Source: an uncultured virus (IMG/VR IMGVR_UViG_3300035447_000008)
Lineage: Duplodnaviria > Heunggongvirae > Uroviricota > Caudoviricetes
Length of the DNA stretch: 28,069 nucleotides
Reading direction: 5' to 3' (one strand)
IMG/VR virus record: IMGVR_UViG_3300035447_000008
How positions within the stretch are numbered: position 1 is the first letter of the stretch; every line of letters starts with the position of its first letter. This document shows, piece by piece, positions 17,943 to 25,603 of this stretch. The notes below the pieces were generated by a model. It made no database searches, was not told the origin of the DNA, and saw nothing but the letters and a program-made list of their open reading frames with translations. The position numbers and the translations under genes are program-made.

Positions 17943-18580
17943 TGAACATCTCCGACTTAGCTAAAGCTGTCGGGATTAGTGAAGACTTGGCGGGCCTTTG
18001 GTGGTCGCCAATCACTAATGCTATGCAGCGATATGACATTAATACTCCTCTACGTAAATCTCATTTTCTTGCTCAGATTGGACATGAATCTAATAGCTTC
18101 AAGTCTGTAAGTGAGAGCTTGAATTATAGCGTAGATGGACTTCTTAAAACATTCTCCCGTGCCCGTATATCTGAAATGGATGCTCGTAAGTATGGACGCA
18201 CTTCCACACAACCAGCAGACCAACAAGCAATAGCCAACATTGTATACGGTGGTGAGTGGGGAGTAAAGAACCTCGGGAATACTCAGCCGGGAGACGGCTG
18301 GCGGTTCAGAGGAAGAGGGCTTCTGCAAGTCACAGGACGTGCTAACTACACTAAGCTCAACCAAGCTCTTAATTTTGATCTTGTCAATCGTCCAGAACGT
18401 CTAGTAGAAGATAATCTTATCTCTGCTATGGCGGCGGGATGGTTTTGGGATAGCAGAGGATTGAATAGCTTTGCTGACAGGGATGATATTCTGACCATTA
18501 CCAAACGTATTAACGGCGGTATTTCTGGATTAGAGGACAGAAAGTATAGATTACTACTTGCAAAGTCTGTTTTATTGTAA
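17942..18580 (+). CDS. GH19 (chitinase-like) endolysin
   Basis: FLAQIGHES, ESLNYS, GDGWRFRGRGLLQVTGRANY and ITKRINGG..GLEDR motifs. Confidence 0.92.
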   Translation: MNISDLAKAVGISEDLAGLWWSPITNAMQRYDINTPLRKSHFLAQIGHESNSFKSVSESLNYSVDGLLKTFSRARISEMDARKYGRTSTQPADQQAIANIVYGGEWGVKNLGNTQPGDGWRFRGRGLLQVTGRANYTKLNQALNFDLVNRPERLVEDNLISAMAAGWFWDSRGLNSFADRDDILTITKRINGGISGLEDRKYRLLLAKSVLL

Positions 18581-18586
18581 TAGAAT
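18558..18586 (+). promoter_or_regulatory. Sigma70-like promoter for HNH gene
   Basis: TTGCAA (18558-18563), 17-nt spacer, TAGAAT (18581-18586), upstream of the GAGG RBS and ATG 18618. Confidence 0.55.
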
Positions 18587-18617
18587 ATATAATTCACTTT
18601 TCAATACGAGGAATTAT

Positions 18618-19262
18618 ATGAAAGACTTTTCAAAAAGAAAAAATGCTTATCTTGGACCAGTTTGTAAGCACGGGCACGATCACGGTGGAGGTTCTTGGCG
18701 AGACTCTGCCAACTCTACTTGTTTTGAGTGTACAACCGAAAGAATAAAAAGGTACGCACAAACAGATCGAGCCAAGGCAAAAAGAAAGGAGGCTAAAAAG
18801 AGAGATAAAGATAAGATAAAGCTTAAATCTCAAGAGTATCGCCAAAGAAATAGGGAGAGAATCGCCGAATACAATAAGCGTTATATCGAGGAAAATAAGC
18901 ATTGGCATTCTTCATATTTCTATGAATGGAATGCTTATAGACGAGCACATAAATTAAAAGCTACTCCTGCTTGGTGTGAGAGACAGGATATAATTCTTAT
19001 CTATAAAGAAGCCAAAGAAATGAGTAAGGGTGATATTAAGTATCAAGTAGATCATATTGTTCCTCTAATAAGTGATTTGGTTTGTGGGCTACATTGCCTC
19101 TCTAATTTAAGAATCATAGAGGCCAAGGAGAATATTGTAAAGGGTAACAGGTGGTGGCCTGATGGACCCTTTGACTTAGACCATGAAAATGGTGGGACGC
19201 ACGGCTTAGAAGATCGTAAGAAGCGTTTGGAACGAGCTAAGAAAGCTTTGGGAGTGGTGTAA
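18618..19262 (+). CDS. HNH homing endonuclease fused to an endolysin-like C-terminal tail
   Basis: CKHGH...CFEC, ATPAW and VDHIVPL...VCGLHCLSNL...EN..KGN. Ends with NGGTHGLEDRKKRLERAKKALGVV. Confidence 0.85.
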   Translation: MKDFSKRKNAYLGPVCKHGHDHGGGSWRDSANSTCFECTTERIKRYAQTDRAKAKRKEAKKRDKDKIKLKSQEYRQRNRERIAEYNKRYIEENKHWHSSYFYEWNAYRRAHKLKATPAWCERQDIILIYKEAKEMSKGDIKYQVDHIVPLISDLVCGLHCLSNLRIIEAKENIVKGNRWWPDGPFDLDHENGGTHGLEDRKKRLERAKKALGVV

Positions 19263-19528
19263 TGCAAAAGGTAAAGGAAGTGGTTGTTAGCACAACTAAG
19301 GACGTAGTAAAACCAAAGCTTCTCGATAACTGGCGTGAGCTTCTTAAAAGCTATTCATTCATCTTCCATGCCTTGTCTGCGCTTTTGACCTTCATAGAAA
19401 TCATCCTACCTCACATGTTCCTGATTGAGCCTATGTTCACTCCGGTAGCTTATGGTGTAACGATGTTCGTATTGAACGTGTTAGGTGGATTGGGACGACT
19501 TATCAAACAACGCAATATTCCAGATTAA
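19262..19528 (+). CDS. Putative holin
   Basis: 88 aa, LLDNWRELLKSYS motif, two hydrophobic helices, basic C-terminus. Lies between endolysin and spanins. Confidence 0.7.
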   Translation: MQKVKEVVVSTTKDVVKPKLLDNWRELLKSYSFIFHALSALLTFIEIILPHMFLIEPMFTPVAYGVTMFVLNVLGGLGRLIKQRNIPD

Positions 19529-19538
19529 GGAGAACAAC

Positions 19539-19943
19539 ATGCTATCAAAACCCCTGATGCTTGTAATAGCTGTACTCTTTAGCTTGGTGTGTTTGTTTGG
19601 CTATCTATCCTATTCATTTTATAGCGACAAAGCAACGCTTAAATCTGATGTGGATCGTTTAGTGAAAGCTAATGCAACGCTTGTTTCTGATGTAGAAAAG
19701 GCTACTAAATCCTGTGTCATCGTTGATGAAATCAATAGAAAGCACAACGAAGAACAGAAAGCCTTGGATGAGAAGAAAAGGGGGATTGTAAAGCAGATAG
19801 ATAGTATCCCAAAGAAATCCAATGCAACTACTAAGGAATCCTCGGATGTTGAAGAAACTAACGTTGTGGACATTGATGGTGTGTTGCCTCTTGATCTTCA
19901 GCGGATGCTCCAACAGAGCTATCGAGCCGCAATACAGAGATAG
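19539..19943 (+). CDS. Rz: Inner-membrane spanin (Rz-like)
   Basis: AGGAG RBS with ATG 19539. One N-terminal TM helix, then coiled coil. Overlaps the lipoprotein gene. Confidence 0.75.
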   Translation: MLSKPLMLVIAVLFSLVCLFGYLSYSFYSDKATLKSDVDRLVKANATLVSDVEKATKSCVIVDEINRKHNEEQKALDEKKRGIVKQIDSIPKKSNATTKESSDVEETNVVDIDGVLPLDLQRMLQQSYRAAIQR

Positions 19944-20136
19944 AGTGCATACAACACCAGATAGTCTTCTTGTCGATCCATGTGTAGCTAAAGAAGCTGG
20001 GTGGTCTGTAAGGAGCCTTGCGAAGGGTTATGTAGAAAACACTTCCTGTATTGCTAAGTATAAATCTTTGCTTGAGAGACAGAGAGAGCACAAGAAAAAG
20101 ATAGCGGAGCTTTATAATGCCGAACACAAACAATGA
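19846..20136 (+). CDS. Rz1: Outer-membrane spanin lipoprotein (Rz1-like)
   Basis: MLKKLTLWTLMVCCLLIFSGC signal with lipobox, PDSLLVDPC...C. Overlaps the i-spanin 3' end in another frame. Confidence 0.8.
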   Translation: MLKKLTLWTLMVCCLLIFSGCSNRAIEPQYRDRVHTTPDSLLVDPCVAKEAGWSVRSLAKGYVENTSCIAKYKSLLERQREHKKKIAELYNAEHKQ

Positions 20137-20449
20137 GCAACAAGCAGCAATCATCGTAGACCGAAGAATTAACACACTTTGGGAGAGGCTTGCAATTGCA
20201 GCTCTTGGTTTAGTGTTGTCTTTCACTGTCTACAGCTTTAAAGAGCAAGCAACAAGGATTGAAAACCTTGAACAAAAAGTGATTGCAATGGATAAAATCA
20301 AGACGGACCGGGGCGACCTTAAGGAAGTTGAAGAGAGGCTAAGCTCCGCTCTACAAGCCCTCAAGTCCGACCTCATTGCACGTCAAGATATTGCACAGGC
20401 CAACATCCTCTCACGGATTGACATGTATATGCAACAAACCAAAAAATAG
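20117..20449 (+). CDS. Hypothetical single-TM coiled-coil protein
   Basis: GGAG RBS, TM segment LAIAALGLVLSFTVYSF, heptad-rich tail. Confidence 0.6.
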   Translation: MPNTNNEQQAAIIVDRRINTLWERLAIAALGLVLSFTVYSFKEQATRIENLEQKVIAMDKIKTDRGDLKEVEERLSSALQALKSDLIARQDIAQANILSRIDMYMQQTKK

Positions 20450-20468
20450 ATTAAAGAGGAATGCCACT

Positions 20469-20858
20469 GTGCTCTGGACAATTCTTCAAAATGCAGTGAA
20501 CTGTTTATTTCTGGTTCTCTGTGTTGTAGTGCTGACGATTGTATTGAAGCAGAATGCTTCGGATGTGGCAGCTAATAACGTAGTGGAGCAAATTGACCTT
20601 GTTCGTGAAGAGAATAGGCGCGTGATTGGAAACAACACCACCTACCTAGAGGGAAGGGTGAACGAGCTTGCTAAAAGTCAGAACGATTATCAAGTGTCCA
20701 CTTCAAGGAAGATATCTTTGCTGGAAGATAAAGTTGGAAAGCTTTCAGCGGAGGGTGGTAGACGGAGGCTGATAAATAATAACAGCAATAGCCTCACCAT
20801 CAATGGAACTGAAGTCGCTGTTAAGCGTTCTTCTGAAACAGAACGAGATGTGCAATAG
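20469..20858 (+). CDS. Hypothetical single-TM coiled-coil protein
   Basis: AGAGG RBS, probable GTG 20469, TM segment CLFLVLCVVVLTIVL. Confidence 0.55.
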   Translation: MLWTILQNAVNCLFLVLCVVVLTIVLKQNASDVAANNVVEQIDLVREENRRVIGNNTTYLEGRVNELAKSQNDYQVSTSRKISLLEDKVGKLSAEGGRRRLINNNSNSLTINGTEVAVKRSSETERDVQ

Positions 20859-20907
20859 CTATCACATCTTTTAGAAACGACTATTAAAATAGAACAAGAA
20901 TAAATAT

Positions 20908-20948
20908 GCCCCGGTAGAACCTTAACTGGCTCTCCGGGGTTTCTTTTT
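20908..20948 (+). terminator. Rho-independent terminator ending the late operon at the convergence point
   Basis: GCCCCGG...CCGGGGT stem followed by TTCTTTTT, between convergent operons. Confidence 0.75.
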
Positions 20949-20960
20949 GTCTACGATTTA

Positions 20961-21617
20961 TCACTCTTCAATTACATAGTTTTCGTAGCGTTCAATCAAA
21001 GCTTTAGCAACACGAGGGTCAGATTGTTCAGCAGCAAGAATTTTAGCTTGTTCAAGTTTAAAAGCAAGCCAAGCTTTGTGGGCTTCCAGTTCTGTGTCGA
21101 AACAACCCAAATGTTTGGGCTTACCCGTCCTGTTGTTACAGCTAGAGTAGAACTTTTGACGGTCTGGGTTCCAATAAACCCCAATCAGATATTTCCCTCG
21201 ACCAGCAGTCTTTTCAGTCACAAAGCTATTCACTGCGTGCGAAACAAAGACACATTTTTCCGGCCCGTATTCCAAGTTACCGGGGTACAGGATGTCTTTA
21301 TCTAATTGCTTACCCTCCCAATCTTGTTTTTCCATCCAAGCTTTAAAATTGGAGAAGAATAGCCACTCTGTGCAAACAAAGCACCCACTATAAGACCTAT
21401 TGTTGATCCTCAGTTTATGATCACCATAGCACCTTTCTAGCATGCCTGTCCATCTTACGTAAAACGGACACCTCCACACTAGCTTCTGTTTGTAAGAGTT
21501 CTCACTGAACACCCTGGCGTACTGATGAGTAATATACTCTGCGTCATTAACTCCAACACCTCTTACTAGTTTCTCCTTTCTATTGCGCACAACTAATCCT
21601 CCAAATTCACTCCCCAT
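20961..21617 (-). CDS. HNH-like endonuclease / AP2-like DNA-binding protein
   Basis: WTGMLERCY...VCTEWLFFSNFKAW...LDKDIL...YGPEKCVFV, then GVYW...HLGCFDTELEAH. Confidence 0.75.
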   Translation of the reverse strand: MGSEFGGLVVRNRKEKLVRGVGVNDAEYITHQYARVFSENSYKQKLVWRCPFYVRWTGMLERCYGDHKLRINNRSYSGCFVCTEWLFFSNFKAWMEKQDWEGKQLDKDILYPGNLEYGPEKCVFVSHAVNSFVTEKTAGRGKYLIGVYWNPDRQKFYSSCNNRTGKPKHLGCFDTELEAHKAWLAFKLEQAKILAAEQSDPRVAKALIERYENYVIEE

Positions 21618-21894
21618 CTACATACTTTTTCAGCGCATCAAACCCACCTACATACACGAGTTCACCGTGCGCGACCATGAAGCATTGAGGAATACTGCGT
21701 GGAAGAGGAAGTCCCATATCTTGCATTAGGGTGAATAGCTGGTCACGATATGTGAGAGGTGTCTCACATCCCTCTTCTGCTCCGTTGCATTGGTCATAGA
21801 TATCGTAGTATTGATAATCTTTCTCTCGCATGTCAAGCAGCATCTTAGCCTTAGTGCAATAGCTGCATTTCTCTCCACCGTATACGATAAACAT
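21607..21894 (-). CDS. Glutaredoxin
   Basis: CSYC...AK.LL, SIPQCF and YVGGFDAL motifs. Near the nrd genes. Confidence 0.85.
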   Translation of the reverse strand: MFIVYGGEKCSYCTKAKMLLDMREKDYQYYDIYDQCNGAEEGCETPLTYRDQLFTLMQDMGLPLPRSIPQCFMVAHGELVYVGGFDALKKYVDGE

Positions 21895-21905
21895 CTTCTT
21901 CTCCT

Positions 21906-22832
21906 TTAATCAATGTGTTTCAAAAATTCTTCTCGGACCGTCTTACTCACTTCGGCCTGAAGTAGTTTTACAAAGTGACCCCAATTTTCTTCAGCCTCTT
22001 TCTTTGGTTCTCGTTCAGTTTCTTTGGTAAACTCTTCAAAGATATCTTGACACGTCAACCCCATAATCTTACCAAAATCTTTGTTACTGATGTTACCAAT
22101 TTTACTGATTACATTAGAAACTCGTTGTGGTGTGTTGTATTGAAGAAGGTCATTCAGAAGCTCGGATTCATCTTCTGTCAGCTCAAATACTTTCTTCTCT
22201 CGTGGTACTCGTTTCTTTTCGCTGAAAGCTGGTGTCTTATTCTTGAAGTAAACTCGACTACCATTATTGAAGTATGTCGGATTAACTGGTTCAATAACAA
22301 GACCTTCTGCGAAATTATCCTCATTCACACAATCGTCAGGCGTAAGCCAAGATTGGAAGGTGTTAGGAAGTTGCATACATTCTTTAAACGTCCCAATCTT
22401 AATGATTGGCGAGAAGTTAACACCGCAATCATTAGCAATAGCCAATGCACCAATCTTACCTTGCACTTCCCCATCAATAACCACATCAAAAGCTCGAAAG
22501 TCTCGTTGACCGTACTTGACTTCTTTCTGTACACCTTCTCCAAATAGCTCACCATAGATGACAATCTCTTTGATATTATTACGAACACACCAATCCAAAA
22601 TACCTTGCGAATATTTATTGATTACAGCTTGGCAGTTGTAGAAGGTTCCATCGACAAATTGGCTACGGCTTGCTACTTTGATTTCCTTTCCATCGCACCA
22701 GAAACTAAAGTTAGCGCCATGAATCTTCTCGGTGGCAATCCACTTCCCTCCATCTTTACTTTCGTGTTGAACCTTGTCAATAAGGTTCTGACGGTAGGTG
22801 TTCTCAAGACTGCTAAATTTCTTAAATTCCAT
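21906..22832 (-). CDS. rnl2: RNA ligase 2 (Rnl2 family)
   Basis: Motif I EKIHGANF, YGELFG, FRAFD, EGLVI, KNK..F.EK and RVSNVISKIG. Confidence 0.88.
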   Translation of the reverse strand: MEFKKFSSLENTYRQNLIDKVQHESKDGGKWIATEKIHGANFSFWCDGKEIKVASRSQFVDGTFYNCQAVINKYSQGILDWCVRNNIKEIVIYGELFGEGVQKEVKYGQRDFRAFDVVIDGEVQGKIGALAIANDCGVNFSPIIKIGTFKECMQLPNTFQSWLTPDDCVNEDNFAEGLVIEPVNPTYFNNGSRVYFKNKTPAFSEKKRVPREKKVFELTEDESELLNDLLQYNTPQRVSNVISKIGNISNKDFGKIMGLTCQDIFEEFTKETEREPKKEAEENWGHFVKLLQAEVSKTVREEFLKHID

Positions 22833-22843
22833 ATCACCCTCAC

Positions 22844-23917
22844 TTAAAAATCAAAATCCAAGTCAAGGTTCTCGGTGTCGTCCTTCACCGACCCAATCTT
22901 GTAAGAAGTAATCTGAAGCTCTTGTGGGGCAACCTGCATCTTAGAGCTATCAATATACTTGTCCATATACTGACAAGGGTTCTTTTCAATCACTTCAAAA
23001 TCAAAATCTACTCCCAGAGCATCGTACAGGGGCTTGGCCATATACAACGTATATTCTTTCAGAAGAGTCGAAGTAAGACCAATCACCTGACGACCTTCGC
23101 TGAAAAGGTAGTCTGCCCACTTTAGCTCCTGATTTACTACACTGTCAAGCACCTCTTTAATCTTAGGAGCAAGAGATTTGAAAGACTCTCGCCACTCAGG
23201 GCTTTGTTGCAGAATGCTGAGAATAGCATAGTCCATTCGCGTATGGAGAGCTTCGTCGCGTGCAATCAGAGTTACTTCCTGACCAATCCCTTGAAATGCA
23301 CCTGTCTCTGTAATAGCAAAGGTTACAGCAAAGCTACTCATAAAGGCAATCGCTTCCAGAGCAAACAATGCTGCAAACGCCAGAGCAATTGCTTCACGCT
23401 TCTCTTCAATAGTTGCGTCAACAGGAAGTTGTTCAAGGTTGTTGAATGCAGCAACAATGACTTCACTACGAACCAGAGTTTCAACGCTGTTGTAAGTGTC
23501 ACGAAGCATTTGGTTTGGGTTGACAAACGTTTGCTTTACAATATGACTGTACGCACGAGCATGGATGGTTTCAAAGAAGCTCCAAACATTCAGCAAACCT
23601 TCCAGCTCTGAGTTACTGACATAACGCATCAGAAGACCAGAAATAGATTTAGATGCCACGGAATCTGCAAGTGCCTGCCACGAGATAGTTTTTACCATCA
23701 GGTCTACAGTGTCCTTTGGAAGAGTCAGCATATCTTGCTTATCTTGGACAAGCGAGATTTCATTCTCGTTCCAAATCTGACTAACCTGCTTCTGGTAAAG
23801 GTCTTCAAGAATGGGATAGGCACAGTTTACTGTATCAAAAAGACCAAGATCGTCACCAAGGAACAGAGGATACTTGCCAGTCTCATATCCTTTATTGTTT
23901 GCATTAAATACTGCCAA
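22844..23917 (-). CDS. nrdB: Ribonucleotide reductase class Ia beta subunit
   Basis: ETIHARAYSH, LEAIAFMSSF, IARDEALH and APQELQITSY motifs. Confidence 0.93.
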   Translation of the reverse strand: MAVFNANNKGYETGKYPLFLGDDLGLFDTVNCAYPILEDLYQKQVSQIWNENEISLVQDKQDMLTLPKDTVDLMVKTISWQALADSVASKSISGLLMRYVSNSELEGLLNVWSFFETIHARAYSHIVKQTFVNPNQMLRDTYNSVETLVRSEVIVAAFNNLEQLPVDATIEEKREAIALAFAALFALEAIAFMSSFAVTFAITETGAFQGIGQEVTLIARDEALHTRMDYAILSILQQSPEWRESFKSLAPKIKEVLDSVVNQELKWADYLFSEGRQVIGLTSTLLKEYTLYMAKPLYDALGVDFDFEVIEKNPCQYMDKYIDSSKMQVAPQELQITSYKIGSVKDDTENLDLDFDF

Positions 23918-23942
23918 TTACTTTCTCCTTTTAATTTAAAGT

Positions 23943-23962
23943 GGGGCTATATTTCAAGCCCC
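23943..23962 (-). terminator. Stem-loop GGGGCT-TGAAATAT-AGCCCC between nrdA and nrdB
   Basis: Perfect 6-bp stem, same loop as the hairpin at 154-178. Confidence 0.55.
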
Positions 23963-23970
23963 TATACTAA

Positions 23971-24870
23971 TCAAAGTTTACAAGATTCGCAAGCTTCTTC
24001 TTCAGGAACAGAAGTCTTCATCACATCTTGAACACTTCCGCCGTTGTAGTCTCGTGTGTTCATATAGTATTGAGTCTTGTTGCCCATCTTAGCCTGAGCA
24101 ACCCACTCTTTCATCAGCTCACTCAAAGGCTTCTTCTCATCCGCATACTTACTAGGATCAAAGTAGTAGTCAGCACTGATTGCCTGATCCGTGAAATCTT
24201 GCACCGCTGAATAATACTTAGCAAGGGTGATGTTGTCAACGTCCCAAGCAAGCTTTTTACTGCTGTCCAGCTCTTTGCAAATGTACTGCACCAACCCCTT
24301 GCGACTCTTCTTGTTAATCACCCGTTGCCGTGGTGGGTAGAGTGAGTTGGGACCATCGCTAAACAGAGCGCTACTCTCCGTGGGCATGTGTGCTGCAAGA
24401 ACAGAATTCTTACGGGCCTTGCCACGAACAGACTCCCAATCCAGCGTTGTAGAATATTGCCCGACACGGGTGTCTACTGGAAGCCAATTCAAGTCAACCC
24501 CATCAACACCATAGCCGCACTCTTCAGCCAGCTTTTGAGAGGCTTTCAAGAGATAGAAGTAGTGGTGCTCTGCAAGCTTACTCACAAACCCCAAAGATTC
24601 TACACTGCCATCATAGTCTAGATCGTTTTTATACAATGCAACAGCAAGACCCATAATACCAATACCAGCACTACGACGACGCATAATGTCGTTCTTCATT
24701 GCCTTAGTCATCATTGGTGCTGTATCAATCATCTTGTCTACAGCCCGCAGGGCAACTTCAGCAATGTGTTCATATTCATCAAAATCAACCTTACCTACGT
24801 TGATTGCAGCCAAAGTACAAAATGCTGTCTCGGATTGTTGGCTTTTACTTAAGATTTTCTTTACTTTCAT
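23971..24870 (-). CDS. nrdA: Ribonucleotide reductase alpha, C-terminal polypeptide (NrdA-b)
   Basis: ETAFCTLAAIN (second redox Cys), GIGIMGLA, MPTESS, DQAISAD, KTQYY and terminal CESCKL. Has its own GGAG RBS and ATG. Confidence 0.9.
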   Translation of the reverse strand: MKVKKILSKSQQSETAFCTLAAINVGKVDFDEYEHIAEVALRAVDKMIDTAPMMTKAMKNDIMRRRSAGIGIMGLAVALYKNDLDYDGSVESLGFVSKLAEHHYFYLLKASQKLAEECGYGVDGVDLNWLPVDTRVGQYSTTLDWESVRGKARKNSVLAAHMPTESSALFSDGPNSLYPPRQRVINKKSRKGLVQYICKELDSSKKLAWDVDNITLAKYYSAVQDFTDQAISADYYFDPSKYADEKKPLSELMKEWVAQAKMGNKTQYYMNTRDYNGGSVQDVMKTSVPEEEACESCKL

Positions 24871-25138
24871 TTATCCACTCCATATATTTTTCATCTTCGT
24901 GTGGGACCCACCCATTCTTGAATTTCTTAGTTACCTTTGCAAGCATATTCGTAGAAATCTTGATACCTGTGAGCCTATAAAAATCTTCTTTTAGTCGGGA
25001 AGACTTTTCTCTCTTAATTTTACCAGTTGGTGTGAAGTCGTTGCAGCAATGCTGTACATAGAGTTCATACAAACACTGAGAGGAGTTTGCTTTTGCTTGT
25101 TGACCCAATGTAAAAGGGCGGGTGTTTATCCCCGCCAT
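24845..25138 (-). pseudogene. Truncated MobE-like homing endonuclease remnant
   Basis: 97-codon ORF between the nrdA halves. Its C-terminal KFKNGWVPHEDEKYMEW recalls MobE-type tails (from memory). No HNH core is visible. Confidence 0.5.
25112..25136 (-). terminator. Hairpin GGCGGG-GATAAACA-CCCGCC + CTTTT after nrdA-a
   Basis: 6-bp GC stem followed by a U-run, about 18 nt after the nrdA-a stop. Confidence 0.5.
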
Positions 25139-25153
25139 AAATTACTTTATATA

Positions 25154-25356
25154 CTACAAAATCTCCCAAATCTCGTCACCTTCCTCTAGATTATATGCTT
25201 TTATAACACCTCTCTGTGTCTTAACGGATTGGTTGCAGTTTAGCTTCTTAATCTCACCGTCCTCCGTTTCAACCTCAATCTCACCCGTGTAATAGTCTTC
25301 CGAATACAAGTCCACCATCCCCTCATACGCTTTAGTTGGCAGGCAAATCTCTTGAC
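25154..25356 (-). CDS. nrdA: nrdA-a exon 2
   Basis: (T)GT CAA GAG ATT = C-QEICLPTKAYEGMVDLYSEDYYTGEIEVETEDGEIKKLNCNQSVKTQRGVIKAYNLEEGDEIWEIL*, TAG at 25156-25154. Confidence 0.85.
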
Positions 25357-25603
25357 CAATCTGTTACGAAGCTCGTTAGGCTTCTCCGCACTTTCATGCG
25401 GTGTCGGACTATATCATCAACCGTTCTGGTTGTTGTGCGCTTCGACTACACTTGTAGCCTACTCCCATAAGGGATAGTCTCTGAACCTTCAAGGATGTTT
25501 CCACCCAAGCTTGGCTGCTGATTGGCATAGGATTTCTCCCGTAGCTTTCCAGCAATTCACACAATTTTCATTCTTACATTCCTGTAAGAAGCTGCATCAG
25601 TTT
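25357..25603 (-). ncRNA. Group I self-splicing intron (247 nt, no ORF)
   Basis: P AATTGCTGGAAA (25557-25546), Q AATCAGCAGC (25523-25514), R GTTCAGAGACTA (25486-25475), S GATATAGTCC (25415-25406). P1 CUGU/GCAG with U.G at the 5' site, P2 with GGAA loop, P9 with GAAA loop, terminal G. Splicing restores SNLCQEI. Confidence 0.92.

Noticed and set aside
18558..18617. TTG-start extension of the HNH ORF
   Set aside because: Overlaps the endolysin end and the promoter. ATG 18618 has a proper GAGG RBS.
18512..19187. Group I intron with HNH in the endolysin
   Set aside because: No P/Q/R/S elements and almost no non-coding space. The endolysin is complete without splicing.
24835..25294. Functional trans-splicing split intein in nrdA
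   Set aside because: No block-A Cys/Ser start, no TxxH, and no His-Asn/Gln-terminated C-intein of adequate length (only about 12 residues precede SETAFC). Treated as non-splicing tails instead.
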